DNA of 64,000 nucleotides from contig OY782041.1 in assembly GCA_963677595.1 (NCBI GenBank), forward strand, positions 3,968,001-4,032,000, in the 5' to 3' direction. The first letter of the stretch is position 1. Each line of letters starts with the position of its first letter. The position numbers were made by a program, and so were the translations under genes. The notes below the pieces were generated by a model. It was not told where the DNA came from. It ran no database searches and saw only the letters and a list, made by a program, of their open reading frames with translations. Source of the DNA: Spirochaetia bacterium (lineage in GTDB: Bacteria; Spirochaetota; Spirochaetia; CAKZLE01). Shown here piece by piece: positions 9,372 through 19,168 of this stretch.

Positions 9372-10835
9372 ATGATAGATCTGACCATGCATGAGGAGAT
9401 CCGAGAGAAGAACATCCAGCGCTGCCGAGAGAAAGGGATCATCTATCCCACGTTCGCACAGATGAAGGACCCGTCACTGATCCCGACCCAGCTTGAGGAG
9501 AAGCTCCACAGCACCGGGCTCTGGGATGTCGATCCCGTGAACCTCTTCAGGATCACCTGGAAGAACGAGCCCGCCGACCAGGGCGGACGGCACCACGGGG
9601 TAAACTACCTCGAGGTCCCCAGGGAGATCACCGGCACGAAGGCACGGATCTTCGCACTCGTCGGGAAATGGTTCCCCACCGGTGCCCACAAGGTTGGAGC
9701 GACCTACGGCTGTCTTGCACCCGCACTCACGACCGGTAACTTCGACTCGACCACACAGAAGGCTGTATGGCCCTCGACCGGTAACTACTGCCGGGGCGGC
9801 GCCTACAACTCAGCCCTGCTCGGCTGCGACTCGATCGCCATCCTTCCCGAGGAGATGAGCAAGGAACGGTTCGAGTGGCTCAAGTCTGTAGCCGGCGAGG
9901 TCATCGCTACCCCGGGCTGCGAGAGCAACGTCAAGGAAATCTTCGACAAGTGCCATGAGCTCGATGCTGAGCGAGGGGACAACATCGTCATCTTTAACCA
10001 GTTCGACCAGTTCGGCAACTACCTGTGGCACTACTCCGTGACCGGTTCAGCGATCGAGGAGTTCCTCACCGCTGAAGGGATCACTGCCGGCCAGCTCAAG
10101 GGCTATGTCTCAGCTACCGGTTCAGGCGGTACGCTCGCTGCAGGGGATTACCTCAAGCAGAAGTACCCGGAAGTCAAGATCGGCGCAGCCGAGGCACTCC
10201 AGTGCCCGACCCTGCTGCGCAACGGGTTCGGCGGCCACCGGATCGAGGGCATCGGCGACAAGCATGTCCCCTGGATCCATAACGTGAAGAATACCGACAT
10301 GGTCCTCGCCATCGATGATAACGACTGCATGGACCTCCTGAGGCTCTTCAACGAGGAGAACGGCCAGAAGGAACTTGCAGAGGACGGCGTGACCAAAGAG
10401 TTCATAGAGAAACTGGACCTCTTCGGCATCTCGGGCATCGGCAACCTGCTCGGCGCCATCAAGATGGCCAAGTTCTACGAGATGGAAGAGGATGACGTGA
10501 TCGTTACCGTCCTGACCGACTCTGCCGAGATGTACGTCTCCAGGCTCGCAGAGATGAACGAGGCACGGGGCGAGTTCACGGTCAAGGATGCTGCAGGCAC
10601 CTACCAGGCGTCCCTGATGCACCAGACGATGGAGAATGCCAAGGAACTCGGGTACTATGACCGACTCGCGATCCACAACCTCAAGTACTACACCTGGATC
10701 GAGCAGCAGGGCAAGGAGATCGATGAGATCAACGCACAGTGGTATGACCGGGAGTACTGGACACGGATCCAGGCCCTCGAACCGCAGATCGATGCACTCA
10801 TCAATGAGTTCAACGAGAAGGTAGGACTTCTCTAG
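9372..10835 (+). CDS. PLP-dependent fold-type II enzyme (cysteine synthase/Trp synthase beta-like, uncharacterised subfamily)
   Basis: FPTGAHKVGA (Schiff-base Lys), PSTGNY, ATGSGGT and HRIEGIG motifs. GAGGAG SD. Confidence 0.85.
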   Translation: MIDLTMHEEIREKNIQRCREKGIIYPTFAQMKDPSLIPTQLEEKLHSTGLWDVDPVNLFRITWKNEPADQGGRHHGVNYLEVPREITGTKARIFALVGKWFPTGAHKVGATYGCLAPALTTGNFDSTTQKAVWPSTGNYCRGGAYNSALLGCDSIAILPEEMSKERFEWLKSVAGEVIATPGCESNVKEIFDKCHELDAERGDNIVIFNQFDQFGNYLWHYSVTGSAIEEFLTAEGITAGQLKGYVSATGSGGTLAAGDYLKQKYPEVKIGAAEALQCPTLLRNGFGGHRIEGIGDKHVPWIHNVKNTDMVLAIDDNDCMDLLRLFNEENGQKELAEDGVTKEFIEKLDLFGISGIGNLLGAIKMAKFYEMEEDDVIVTVLTDSAEMYVSRLAEMNEARGEFTVKDAAGTYQASLMHQTMENAKELGYYDRLAIHNLKYYTWIEQQGKEIDEINAQWYDREYWTRIQALEPQIDALINEFNEKVGLL

Positions 10836-10856
10836 GGAAGCACGCAAACCATGAAG

Positions 10857-10884
10857 GACCGGGCAGAGACTGCCCGGTCTCTTT
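10857..10884 (+). terminator. Stem-loop, probable intrinsic terminator or attenuator
   Basis: gaccgggcag-aga-ctgcccggtc followed by tcttt. Confidence 0.6.
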
Positions 10885-10905
10885 CGTTGTAAGGAGACGA
10901 GACAA

Positions 10906-12126
10906 ATGAGATTCAGCTACAGGTGTTCGGACTGCGGCACACGGTATGAGACAGAGGAGCTCATGTATCGCTGCCCCGCATGTGATACAGACCCGGGAGA
11001 CAGGTTCCAGAGCGGGAACCTGATCGTCGAACTCGAGCTAAAGGGACTGCGGGAACTCGCGAAGAAGGACCATGTGACCCCCTTCGACTTCTTCCCCTAC
11101 ACCGTTCCCTCCCCGGAAGCCTATCCCGTCGGGAACACCCCCCTTTCAGTATCACCACGGCTCTCCGCGGCTTACGGCTTGAAGAACCTTCGGTTCAAGC
11201 TCGAGGGGCAGAACCCTTCAGGGTCCTTCAAAGACCGTGCCTCCCAGCTCATAGCAGCCCAGGCACAGGCCCTCGGGGAGCAGAAGGTCGTACTCGCCTC
11301 AACCGGGAATGCAGGATCCGCCATGGCCTGCGCCGGGGCAGCCTACGGGTTGGAGATCGTGCTCTTCGTACCGGCATCAGCCCCGGTGAACAAGCTGATG
11401 CAGTCGGTCCTCTACGGCGCCCATGTGATCCCGGTGAACGGGACCTATGATGATGCCTTCGCCCTCTCTATCGCCTATTCGCAGGAGTTCGGCGGGATCA
11501 ACCGGAACACGGCCTACAACCCCATGACCATCGAGGGCAAGAAGAGTGTGAGTATCGAGCTGTTCGAGCAGCTCGGCAGGCGACTGCCGGATGCGGTCTA
11601 TGTCCCGGTCGGGGACGGGGTCATCCTCTCCGGCGTCTACAAGGGGTTCAAGGACCTCATGGATGCCGGCATCACCGATCACGTCCCTGCCATCATCTGC
11701 GTGCAGTCCTCGGGAAGTGACGCGATCAGCCGAGCCTGGAGTACCGGTGAGTTCAAGTCCCTCAAAGAGGCAACCACGACCGCCGATTCCATCTCGGTCG
11801 CCTCCCCTGCGAACGGCAGGATGGCTGTGGATTATATCAAGGCCTCGGGAGGCTGGGCGACGGTCATCAGCGATGAGGACATCTCCGAAGCACAGCTCGA
11901 GTTGGCGCATGATGCGGGCATGTTCGCAGAACCTGCAGCATCCGCTGCCTGGGCCGGTGTCCGTGCTGACAGGGAGAAGCTCCTCGAGACCTTCGGCCCC
12001 GAGGCTGAGGTCACGGTCCTGCTCACCGGTACGGGGTTCAAGGACATGAAGTCCTTCGACGGCAAGGTGTCCATCCCCCCTTCGATCGAACCGACAGTCG
12101 AGGCCATGCGGGTCTATATGAAGTAG
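10906..12126 (+). CDS. Threonine synthase-family PLP enzyme
   Basis: N-terminal CxxC..CxxC, NPSGSFKDR, ASTGNAG, VPVGDG, EPAASAA and LTGTGFKD motifs. Confidence 0.85.
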   Translation: MRFSYRCSDCGTRYETEELMYRCPACDTDPGDRFQSGNLIVELELKGLRELAKKDHVTPFDFFPYTVPSPEAYPVGNTPLSVSPRLSAAYGLKNLRFKLEGQNPSGSFKDRASQLIAAQAQALGEQKVVLASTGNAGSAMACAGAAYGLEIVLFVPASAPVNKLMQSVLYGAHVIPVNGTYDDAFALSIAYSQEFGGINRNTAYNPMTIEGKKSVSIELFEQLGRRLPDAVYVPVGDGVILSGVYKGFKDLMDAGITDHVPAIICVQSSGSDAISRAWSTGEFKSLKEATTTADSISVASPANGRMAVDYIKASGGWATVISDEDISEAQLELAHDAGMFAEPAASAAWAGVRADREKLLETFGPEAEVTVLLTGTGFKDMKSFDGKVSIPPSIEPTVEAMRVYMK

Positions 12127-12135
12127 TAACACTAT

Positions 12136-12167
12136 ACGGACCGGCAATGACTGCCGGTCCGTTTCTT
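12136..12167 (+). terminator. Intrinsic terminator
   Basis: acggaccggca-atgac-tgccggtccgt followed by ttctt. Confidence 0.7.
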
Positions 12168-12248
12168 ACTCTCTCTGATAGTTGTATGTGCTTCGCCATC
12201 ATGATATAGTGTAGGTACAAAATCCAACACGTTGATGGAGAGAACCAT

Positions 12249-12746
12249 ATGGAACTGTTTCTGATCGGTCTCGGAATAGGACTGCTCCTGTGCATCATAT
12301 CATTGATCAATACGGCCCGGGTCAAGAGCAAGTACAAGAAAGAAATTCAGAAGATAAAGAACATCGTCTCACAGAAGCTCGATATAGAGTCTGACTCACT
12401 CACATCCATGAAGCAGGAGATCAAGGACCTGAAGGAACAGAACGAGAACCTCCGGGTGAGCATCCGTTCCATGGCCGGGAAGACCACCAAGAAGGAGATG
12501 ACGAGGTTCCAGGTCTATGACCGGGCGATCGAGATCATGTCCCTGAAGGCTCCCGGATTCGCCCCTGCCTGGCAGACAGCCCTGCGGGAGAGCGAGGAGG
12601 AGATGGACAAGGTATTCCTCGGCTTCAAGCCCTTCATGAGGAAGGCTGTATCAGGGAAGATCGCTGACAAGTCAGACGCGGCACTCCGTATCGAGGATGT
12701 CACACCCCAGCCAGAGGTCAAGCGCATCAGCGAATCGAATGAATAG
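12249..12746 (+). CDS. Hypothetical membrane-anchored coiled-coil protein
   Basis: N-terminal hydrophobic helix, coiled coil and APGFAPAW segment. GGAG SD. Confidence 0.75.
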   Translation: MELFLIGLGIGLLLCIISLINTARVKSKYKKEIQKIKNIVSQKLDIESDSLTSMKQEIKDLKEQNENLRVSIRSMAGKTTKKEMTRFQVYDRAIEIMSLKAPGFAPAWQTALRESEEEMDKVFLGFKPFMRKAVSGKIADKSDAALRIEDVTPQPEVKRISESNE

Positions 12747-13707
12747 ATCGGTCCTGGCTCTCGGGGATGTCAATCCTGATATCCTGCTCCCCCTCAAGAA
12801 CGCAGACGGGACTCCCCTGCGGGCGTCCGTCTCCGGGGGAGGGACTGTTGCCAATGTCGCCAGCGGCCTCGCCCGCCTCAGGATCCCTGTCTCCTTCTGC
12901 GGGAGGACTGGGGAGGATGCCTACGGACACCTGATGGAAGGGTTCCTGAGAGAAGACGGGGTGGACACCACCCGCCTCCTCTTCGAGAAGGACTGCTTCA
13001 CGAACATGGCCTTCGCGGTCATCGACCCGGACGGCGAACGGACGATCTTCATCTGGCCCCCTGAGGGAGCCGCACAATCGCGTCTCACCGTCGACGACCT
13101 CCAGTTCGATATTTCACCCTATTCACTGCTTCACATCTCCACGATCAACCTGCGGGAGGAACCGTCAGGAGAGGCGATCTTATCGATGGCAGAGAGGTTC
13201 TGCGACAGCGGGAAGCCTGTTACCTTCGACATGAACTTACGCATGGAGTTCTTCGAGGAGAGTCCCCGATTCCAGCGCAATCTCGAACGCGCCCTTGATG
13301 CTGCCGATATCATCTTCGGGTCTGCCGAGGAGGAGATCATGCCGTTGACGGGTATAGGCGACCCGGAGAAGGCTTCACGGGTCCTTGCCCCGTCAAAGAT
13401 AGTCATCGCCCGCATGGGGCCGGAGGGGGTCCTCTGTGTGAGGCCTGCCGGGACTACCCATATCCCCGCCTACCCGGTCGAACCTGTGAACACCATCGGT
13501 GCCGGTGATGCCTTCGACTCCGGATTCATCGCAGGTCATATCCTCGGGCTCGATACCCGGGATGCTGCCATATGGGGTAATGCCTGTGCGGCAGTGAGCA
13601 TAACCCGCCCCGATGCCAGAAGCTGCCCGACGAGGGATGAGCTGTACGCATTCCTTAGGTCCAACCACCCTGAGGCGGAACTGAAGGAGCTGCTCAATGT
13701 GGACTAA
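12739..13707 (+). CDS. PfkB/ribokinase-family carbohydrate kinase
   Basis: GGGTVANVA, FDMNLR and NTIGAGDAFDSG motifs. Start overlaps the previous stop. Confidence 0.88.
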   Translation: MNRSVLALGDVNPDILLPLKNADGTPLRASVSGGGTVANVASGLARLRIPVSFCGRTGEDAYGHLMEGFLREDGVDTTRLLFEKDCFTNMAFAVIDPDGERTIFIWPPEGAAQSRLTVDDLQFDISPYSLLHISTINLREEPSGEAILSMAERFCDSGKPVTFDMNLRMEFFEESPRFQRNLERALDAADIIFGSAEEEIMPLTGIGDPEKASRVLAPSKIVIARMGPEGVLCVRPAGTTHIPAYPVEPVNTIGAGDAFDSGFIAGHILGLDTRDAAIWGNACAAVSITRPDARSCPTRDELYAFLRSNHPEAELKELLNVD

Positions 13708-14293
13708 CCTGCCAATCCGAAGATTCTTCCTCATCGGACTCCTCTGCCTCATCGCAGTGAATGCTGCAGGAGAGGATAATTCCCCGTTATCGATCGCTAC
13801 AGATTCATGGGATATCGAGATGTATCATGAAGATCAGGATACCATCTCGACGGTAACGACGCTTGCTTCGCTGGCAATGCCGCTGGCCCTCTATGCGGAG
13901 GGCCAGGAGGAGATCACACGGTTGCCCGTCTCCTACGGCCTGTCGATCGGTACAACCTACCTTGCAAAAGAACTGCTCAAGGGACTCATAGACAAGAGGC
14001 GGCCTGATGCCTATATCGCTGAGTTCGGGATAGAGGATGAGGATGCCTTCGACTCGTTCCCGTCAGGTCATACCGCCTTGAGTTTCGCCGCAGGCACGTT
14101 CCTCGCGACCGCTTACGCCAAGGACCACCAGAACTCCCCATTGGCAGTGCCGGTGAGTATCGTGACGTTAGGTATGTCTTCTCTCACCGGTGTCCTCAGA
14201 TATACGTCGGGATCCCACTACCCCGTCGACATCTTCGCCGGGGCGCTTCTCGGGATCCTCATCGGTGGAGCCGGGGCTTTACTGCTGTACTGA
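13697..14293 (+). CDS. PAP2-family phosphatase
   Basis: KxxxxxxRP, SFPSGH and RxxxxxHYPVD motifs. Confidence 0.88.
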   Translation: MWTNLPIRRFFLIGLLCLIAVNAAGEDNSPLSIATDSWDIEMYHEDQDTISTVTTLASLAMPLALYAEGQEEITRLPVSYGLSIGTTYLAKELLKGLIDKRRPDAYIAEFGIEDEDAFDSFPSGHTALSFAAGTFLATAYAKDHQNSPLAVPVSIVTLGMSSLTGVLRYTSGSHYPVDIFAGALLGILIGGAGALLLY

Positions 14294-14304
14294 GTCTGCC
14301 GTCC

Positions 14305-14823
14305 CTATTTCGGGGCTATCGAGAAGGTCAGGGTGTCTGTGTAGTATCCTGATTCCAGCTCTACGGCAGTGCCGTCGTAGGAGATCGAGACGGTCTTCGA
14401 GATCCCCGCACTTACCTCGGTGGTGGAGTTGGTGACGATAGCCTTCCCTTCGGTGTCGAAGACGATCTCTACCCCGTCATAATAGATGGTATACTCCAAC
14501 CCGGTCGTGTTCGTCGGGTCCTCAGGAATGAGGAAGGGCTTCCCGGTGCCGACAGCACCGAGCGAAGAGACCTCGACAGAATAGCCCGTCTGGGAATTGG
14601 CGACTTCCTGTACAGATCCCACGGTAATATTGACTGCCTTCTGGGTCAGGTTCAACAGCCCGACGTCCCGGTTAGCCGTGACGGTGATCTCCACGAGATT
14701 CGGTACGTATGCCTCGAGCCTGAGCGTGCCTGTCTCTGCAGCTGATCCCGTACTGCAGGCAAGCAGGAGCAGCACGATCGCCGCGACTGTTGAGCGAAAC
14801 TTCGATGTTATGATTCTTCTCAT
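14305..14823 (-). CDS. Exported beta-sandwich protein (pilin/SCPU-like)
   Basis: Signal peptide, alternating beta-strand pattern and C-terminal SGYYTDTLTFSIA. Confidence 0.65.
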   Translation of the reverse strand: MRRIITSKFRSTVAAIVLLLLACSTGSAAETGTLRLEAYVPNLVEITVTANRDVGLLNLTQKAVNITVGSVQEVANSQTGYSVEVSSLGAVGTGKPFLIPEDPTNTTGLEYTIYYDGVEIVFDTEGKAIVTNSTTEVSAGISKTVSISYDGTAVELESGYYTDTLTFSIAPK

Positions 14824-14984
14824 CTTTCCTTCCGTAAACTTACTTTTTTAAATTATAATATCAATATAGTATGTTCTGTGAAAATAGTCAAAGTTACAGA
14901 CCTGTATTTACTACATTTTTGTGCTATGGCAGAGTGATTCAGTTGTTTTCTGATGCTATTGTTTTATAATCAAGGAGTTCCTCT

Positions 14985-15575
14985 ATGAAACGAATCCGTA
15001 GGCTGTTCTTATCCGGCCTTCTTGCGATCATCCCCATCGCTATCACCTTCTACCTGCTCTTCTGGCTGCTTCGGAGTGCCGACAACATCCTCCGTAACCC
15101 GATCGAGCACCTGCTCGGAACCTACTACCCGGGCATGGGCTTCGCATCCCTGCTGATAATCATCTTCCTGATCGGGCTCTTCACCAACAACGTGCTCGGC
15201 CGCTGGTTCATGAACCTCATCAACACGATCCTCAACCGGGCCCCCCTCATCAACAGCATCTACGGTTCTGTCTCCCAGATCATGAAGACTTTCGCCTCCG
15301 ACAAGAACCGGAGCTTCTCGAAGGTCGTCCTCGTCGACTTTCCCAATCCCGATACCAAGTCGATCGGGTTCATCACCAATGAGGACATCACCTTCTCCGG
15401 CAGCCAGCTGGTCTCTGTCTTCATCCCTACCACGCCGAACCCCTCGAACGGGTTCCTCATCATGGTGAGGGCTGACCAGTACACCGAGGTGGACATCCCG
15501 GTAGACCAGGCGCTCAAGATGGTCGTCTCCATGGGGACGCTCCTGCCCGACCACCTGCAGCCCGAAGTCTCCTAA
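14985..15575 (+). CDS. DUF502 family membrane protein
   Basis: PLINSIY, VFIPTTPNPSNGF and ALKMVVSMG motifs. Confidence 0.88.
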   Translation: MKRIRRLFLSGLLAIIPIAITFYLLFWLLRSADNILRNPIEHLLGTYYPGMGFASLLIIIFLIGLFTNNVLGRWFMNLINTILNRAPLINSIYGSVSQIMKTFASDKNRSFSKVVLVDFPNPDTKSIGFITNEDITFSGSQLVSVFIPTTPNPSNGFLIMVRADQYTEVDIPVDQALKMVVSMGTLLPDHLQPEVS

Positions 15576-15605
15576 GAAGCAGGGTCTTCCGGCTTCACCC
15601 GGGAC

Positions 15606-15647
15606 ATAAAAGAGGGCCGGGTTCCCTCTTCCAAGATCACCCGGCCC
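15606..15647 (-). terminator. Intrinsic terminator of the aldehyde dehydrogenase-CoA ligase-DASS operon
   Basis: gggccgggt/acccggccc stem followed on the minus strand by tctttt. Confidence 0.6.
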
Positions 15648-15676
15648 CAACACCTATATACACACACTTTATAAGG

Positions 15677-17140
15677 TCAGTATAGTCCCGTCCCCAACCC
15701 GACGAGGTAGACGACGCCGGAGAGGATGATCGTCCCGAACAGCGTCATGAGCAGTCCCGACTTCGCAAAGTCCGCGATCGAGAAGTAGCCTGCCGAATAG
15801 GGAATGACGTTCGTCGGTGAGGAGGTCACCAGGATGAACGCAAGCGATGCCACCAATGAGGCCGGAAGGGCCACGGAGAGCACCGGCAGTCCCAAGGCGA
15901 CGGCCAGCTCGATCATGATCGGGATGATGATCGTCGCCGTGACCGTGTTGCTCGAGAAGACGATCTTCAACAGCGAGATCATCAGCACGATCACGAACAC
16001 CATCACGTACGACGGCAGGCTCCCGATGCCTGAGAGCAGTACCACCGACAGCCATCTTGCCGCCCCCGACGTGTAGAGCATCATACCAAGCGAGATCCCC
16101 GTCACGATCAGGATGATCCCGCTCCACGATACCTGCGGCTCGATCTGCTTCCACGGAATACGCGAGACCTTCGGCAGGAAGAACAGACAGGCGGTGAACA
16201 TCACCGGCATCGAGATCGGGATGCTGATCCCCAGCCACTTCCCGAGCACCGGCGAACCGAGCCACAGCACCACCGTGATCAGGAAGAGCACCATCGTGAT
16301 GATCTCTTCCCGTCCCATCGGCGGCAGGTCCTTCGACTCTTGCTTGAGCTCTTCCTTCGTCTTCGACAGATGACTCATCTCCGGCTTGAAGAAGATCATC
16401 AGCGTCACCCATGAGGCCGGGATCATCAACAGTGCCGCCGGCACCCCGTAGAGCATCCACTGCCCGAAGGTCACGTCATAGCCTGCCATATCCTTCAGGA
16501 ACCCGATCGCCAGCGCGTTCGGTCCCGCACCTGAAGGCGTCGCGATCCCCCCGATGATCGACCCTTGCGCACACGCGATCAGCAGGGCACGCCCGAAGTT
16601 GCTCTCCAGCGGCTTGATCCCTTCCTCTTCCAGGATCGCCACCGCCAACGGCATCAGCATCGCCGCTACCGCCATGTTCGTGATCCACATCGACAGCAGG
16701 CCACCTGCCAGCAGGAACCCGAAGAGGATACTCTTCGTCGAGTTCCCCGTCTTCGAGAGGATCAGCACACCGATGCGCTTGCCCAGCCCAGACGTCGTGA
16801 TGAACGCTGAGAGGATCAGGACCCCGATGAAGAACGTCACCGTGTTCGACCCGAACCCCTCTTTCACGATCACCTTATAGGTATCTACCCGGAACAGCGT
16901 CAGCAGCACGATCGACAGCATCCCCGTCACATGGAACGGGATCGCCTCGGTCATCCACAGCACCAGCGCGAAGACCAGTACCCCCATCGCTGCCTGTCCG
17001 GTCACCGTCAGCTCCGCACCCCCCACGATCCGTACCGAATCGGCGATCGGCATACTCTTCACCACCACCATCAGTACTGCCGCCAGTACGAAGTACAGCA
17101 TCTTCTTCGCATCTATCTTCTGTATCTCATTCAGGCTCAT
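15677..17140 (-). CDS. DASS/SLC13-family anion transporter
   Basis: WMTEAIP, SMWITN, IATPSGAGPN, SSNTVT and SSPTN motifs; multi-pass membrane protein. Confidence 0.88.
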   Translation of the reverse strand: MSLNEIQKIDAKKMLYFVLAAVLMVVVKSMPIADSVRIVGGAELTVTGQAAMGVLVFALVLWMTEAIPFHVTGMLSIVLLTLFRVDTYKVIVKEGFGSNTVTFFIGVLILSAFITTSGLGKRIGVLILSKTGNSTKSILFGFLLAGGLLSMWITNMAVAAMLMPLAVAILEEEGIKPLESNFGRALLIACAQGSIIGGIATPSGAGPNALAIGFLKDMAGYDVTFGQWMLYGVPAALLMIPASWVTLMIFFKPEMSHLSKTKEELKQESKDLPPMGREEIITMVLFLITVVLWLGSPVLGKWLGISIPISMPVMFTACLFFLPKVSRIPWKQIEPQVSWSGIILIVTGISLGMMLYTSGAARWLSVVLLSGIGSLPSYVMVFVIVLMISLLKIVFSSNTVTATIIIPIMIELAVALGLPVLSVALPASLVASLAFILVTSSPTNVIPYSAGYFSIADFAKSGLLMTLFGTIILSGVVYLVGLGTGLY

Positions 17141-17154
17141 CGAGCTCTCCTCTC

Positions 17155-18039
17155 TCAGTCTTCCAGCAGTTCCTTCAGCAGCTCACCCACGAACCGCGGC
17201 CGTTCAGCCACCAGCCCGCCGGCTTCCGTCAAGGCCGCGATCTTCCCCTCGACCGTGCCTTTACCACCGGTCACGATCGCTCCCGCATGGCCCATCCGCT
17301 TCCCTTTCGGGGCCGTCCGGCCACCTAAGAATGCCACCACCGGCTTCGTGAAGCTTCCGTCTGCCATCGCTTCGGCCACTTCCTCTTCCATCGTCCCGCC
17401 AAGCTCCCCGATGATCACCACCGCGTCGGTCGCCTCATCGGCCTCATAGAGCGGCAGCATCTCGGCAAACCGCGTCCCCGGCACCGGGTCGCCCCCGATC
17501 CCGATGAGCGAGCTCACCCCAAAGCCTGCGGCGACTACCATCGCCGTCACCTCATTGGTCAGTGACCCGCTTCGCGTCATGACCCCGATCCGTCCCGGCT
17601 TGTACACCCGGTCGATCCAGTAGGGGAACATCCCCATCATCGCTGACCCCGGGCTGATCACCCCGGAGGTGTTCCCCCCGACGACCATCGCCCCGCAGCT
17701 CTTCGCTGCAGCACGGATCTCTACCATCTCATGCAGCGGGATCCCGTCTGCGATCGTCACGATCTTTTTGATCCCGCCATCAAGTGCCTCGAAGACCGCA
17801 TCTTTGGTAAACCGCGGCGGCACGAACAGCATCGCCGCATCCACCTCATGCTCTGCCACTGCCCGTCTCACCGAGTGGTAGACCGGCTTCCCGCAGACTT
17901 CTTGGCCTTCCTTCCCAGGCGTCACCCCGCAGGTCACCTGTGTCCCAAGATCTATCATATGGCCTGTCCAGAAGCTCCCCTCTTTCCCGGTGATCCCCTG
18001 CACGAGTACCTTCGTATCCCTGTCTATGAATATGCTCAT
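17155..18039 (-). CDS. ADP-forming acyl-CoA ligase alpha subunit (SucD-like; possibly sulfoacetate-CoA ligase)
   Basis: VLVQGITGKEG, RSGSLT, IGIGGD and GKRMGHAGA (phospho-His) motifs. Start at MSIFID. Confidence 0.88.
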   Translation of the reverse strand: MSIFIDRDTKVLVQGITGKEGSFWTGHMIDLGTQVTCGVTPGKEGQEVCGKPVYHSVRRAVAEHEVDAAMLFVPPRFTKDAVFEALDGGIKKIVTIADGIPLHEMVEIRAAAKSCGAMVVGGNTSGVISPGSAMMGMFPYWIDRVYKPGRIGVMTRSGSLTNEVTAMVVAAGFGVSSLIGIGGDPVPGTRFAEMLPLYEADEATDAVVIIGELGGTMEEEVAEAMADGSFTKPVVAFLGGRTAPKGKRMGHAGAIVTGGKGTVEGKIAALTEAGGLVAERPRFVGELLKELLED

Positions 18040-18044
18040 CTCTC

Positions 18045-19163
18045 TCAAGCTCCCTTCGCGATCGCCACGGCTTTCCGTACGGCCTCTTCCGTATCGAACA
18101 GCGGCTCGAGTCCTGCAGCTTGCAGGATCCTCACGGCCTCTTCCTCGTTCGTCCCACGGATGCACGTCACGATCGGCCGGTCCGGCTTCAGCTTCTGCAT
18201 CGCTTCCACGATCCCCTCTGCCATCACGTCCGCCCGCGCGATCGTCCCGAAGGTCACCATCAGGATCACCTTCGACTCATTCTGCAAACACAGTTCCATC
18301 GCCCGCATCGCCTTCCGGTAGTTCGGCCCCCCGAACTCCAGGTAGTTCGCGACCTTCCCACCTTCGTAGTTGATCAGGTCGTATACCGTCGTCGTCAAGC
18401 CTGCCCCCGCACACATCAGCGAGATGTCCCCGTCGAACTGCAGGTACGGGATTCCCTCACGCGCTGCCTCGAACTCCATGTCGCTCTCGTAGTACTCACG
18501 GGTCCGCTCATACCCGGGCTGCCGATCCATCGAGTTCTCATCGATACTGAGCTTCCCGTCTCCTGCAACCACCTGCCCCTCGGTTGTGATGAACAGCGGG
18601 TTGATCTCTGCCAATTCCGCATCACAGGTGGAGAAGACCTCGTAGAGCTGCATCACGATCTTCTTCACCTGCTTCGCTGTCGTCCCCTCGCAGCCGAGCC
18701 GGTAGGCAAGGTCCCCTGCCTGGTAGGGCTGCAGCCCCGCGGTGATCTCCACCGGCTCCTGGATGATCTTCTCAGGATCGGTGACCGCCAAGCTCTCGAT
18801 CTCCACCCCGCCTTCTGCGCTCGCGATGATCAGTGCAGACGGGGCCACCGGGTCGATCGTCACCGACAGGTAGATCTCACGGTCAATAGACACCGCTTCC
18901 TCTACCAGCAGCTTCTTCACCCCATGCTCGGAGGCAAACAGCCGCTCGGCTTCCGATTTCGCTTCCTCTGCCGTCCTCACGAACGGGATCAGCCCCGCCT
19001 TCCCGCGCCCGCCCCGCAGTACCTGCGATTTCAGCACGCAGGGAAGCCCGACCTCCTCGATCGCTGCGAGCACCTCTTCTACGCTCTCGGCCAATACGCC
19101 TTTCGGCGTCTTGATCCCGTGGGTCCGGAAGACCTCTTTCGCCTGGTATTCGAATAGTTTCAT
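18045..19163 (-). CDS. ADP-forming acyl-CoA ligase beta subunit (SucC-like; possibly sulfoacetate-CoA ligase)
   Basis: MKLFEYQAK, KSQVLRGGRGKAG, EGGVEIE, EINPL and GAGL motifs. Confidence 0.88.
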   Translation of the reverse strand: MKLFEYQAKEVFRTHGIKTPKGVLAESVEEVLAAIEEVGLPCVLKSQVLRGGRGKAGLIPFVRTAEEAKSEAERLFASEHGVKKLLVEEAVSIDREIYLSVTIDPVAPSALIIASAEGGVEIESLAVTDPEKIIQEPVEITAGLQPYQAGDLAYRLGCEGTTAKQVKKIVMQLYEVFSTCDAELAEINPLFITTEGQVVAGDGKLSIDENSMDRQPGYERTREYYESDMEFEAAREGIPYLQFDGDISLMCAGAGLTTTVYDLINYEGGKVANYLEFGGPNYRKAMRAMELCLQNESKVILMVTFGTIARADVMAEGIVEAMQKLKPDRPIVTCIRGTNEEEAVRILQAAGLEPLFDTEEAVRKAVAIAKGA

Positions 19164-19168
19164 TGCTC

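Noticed and set aside
17155-19163. Housekeeping TCA-cycle sucCD
   Set aside because: Altered pocket motifs and an operon with a SauS-like dehydrogenase and a DASS transporter, so no gene symbol was assigned.
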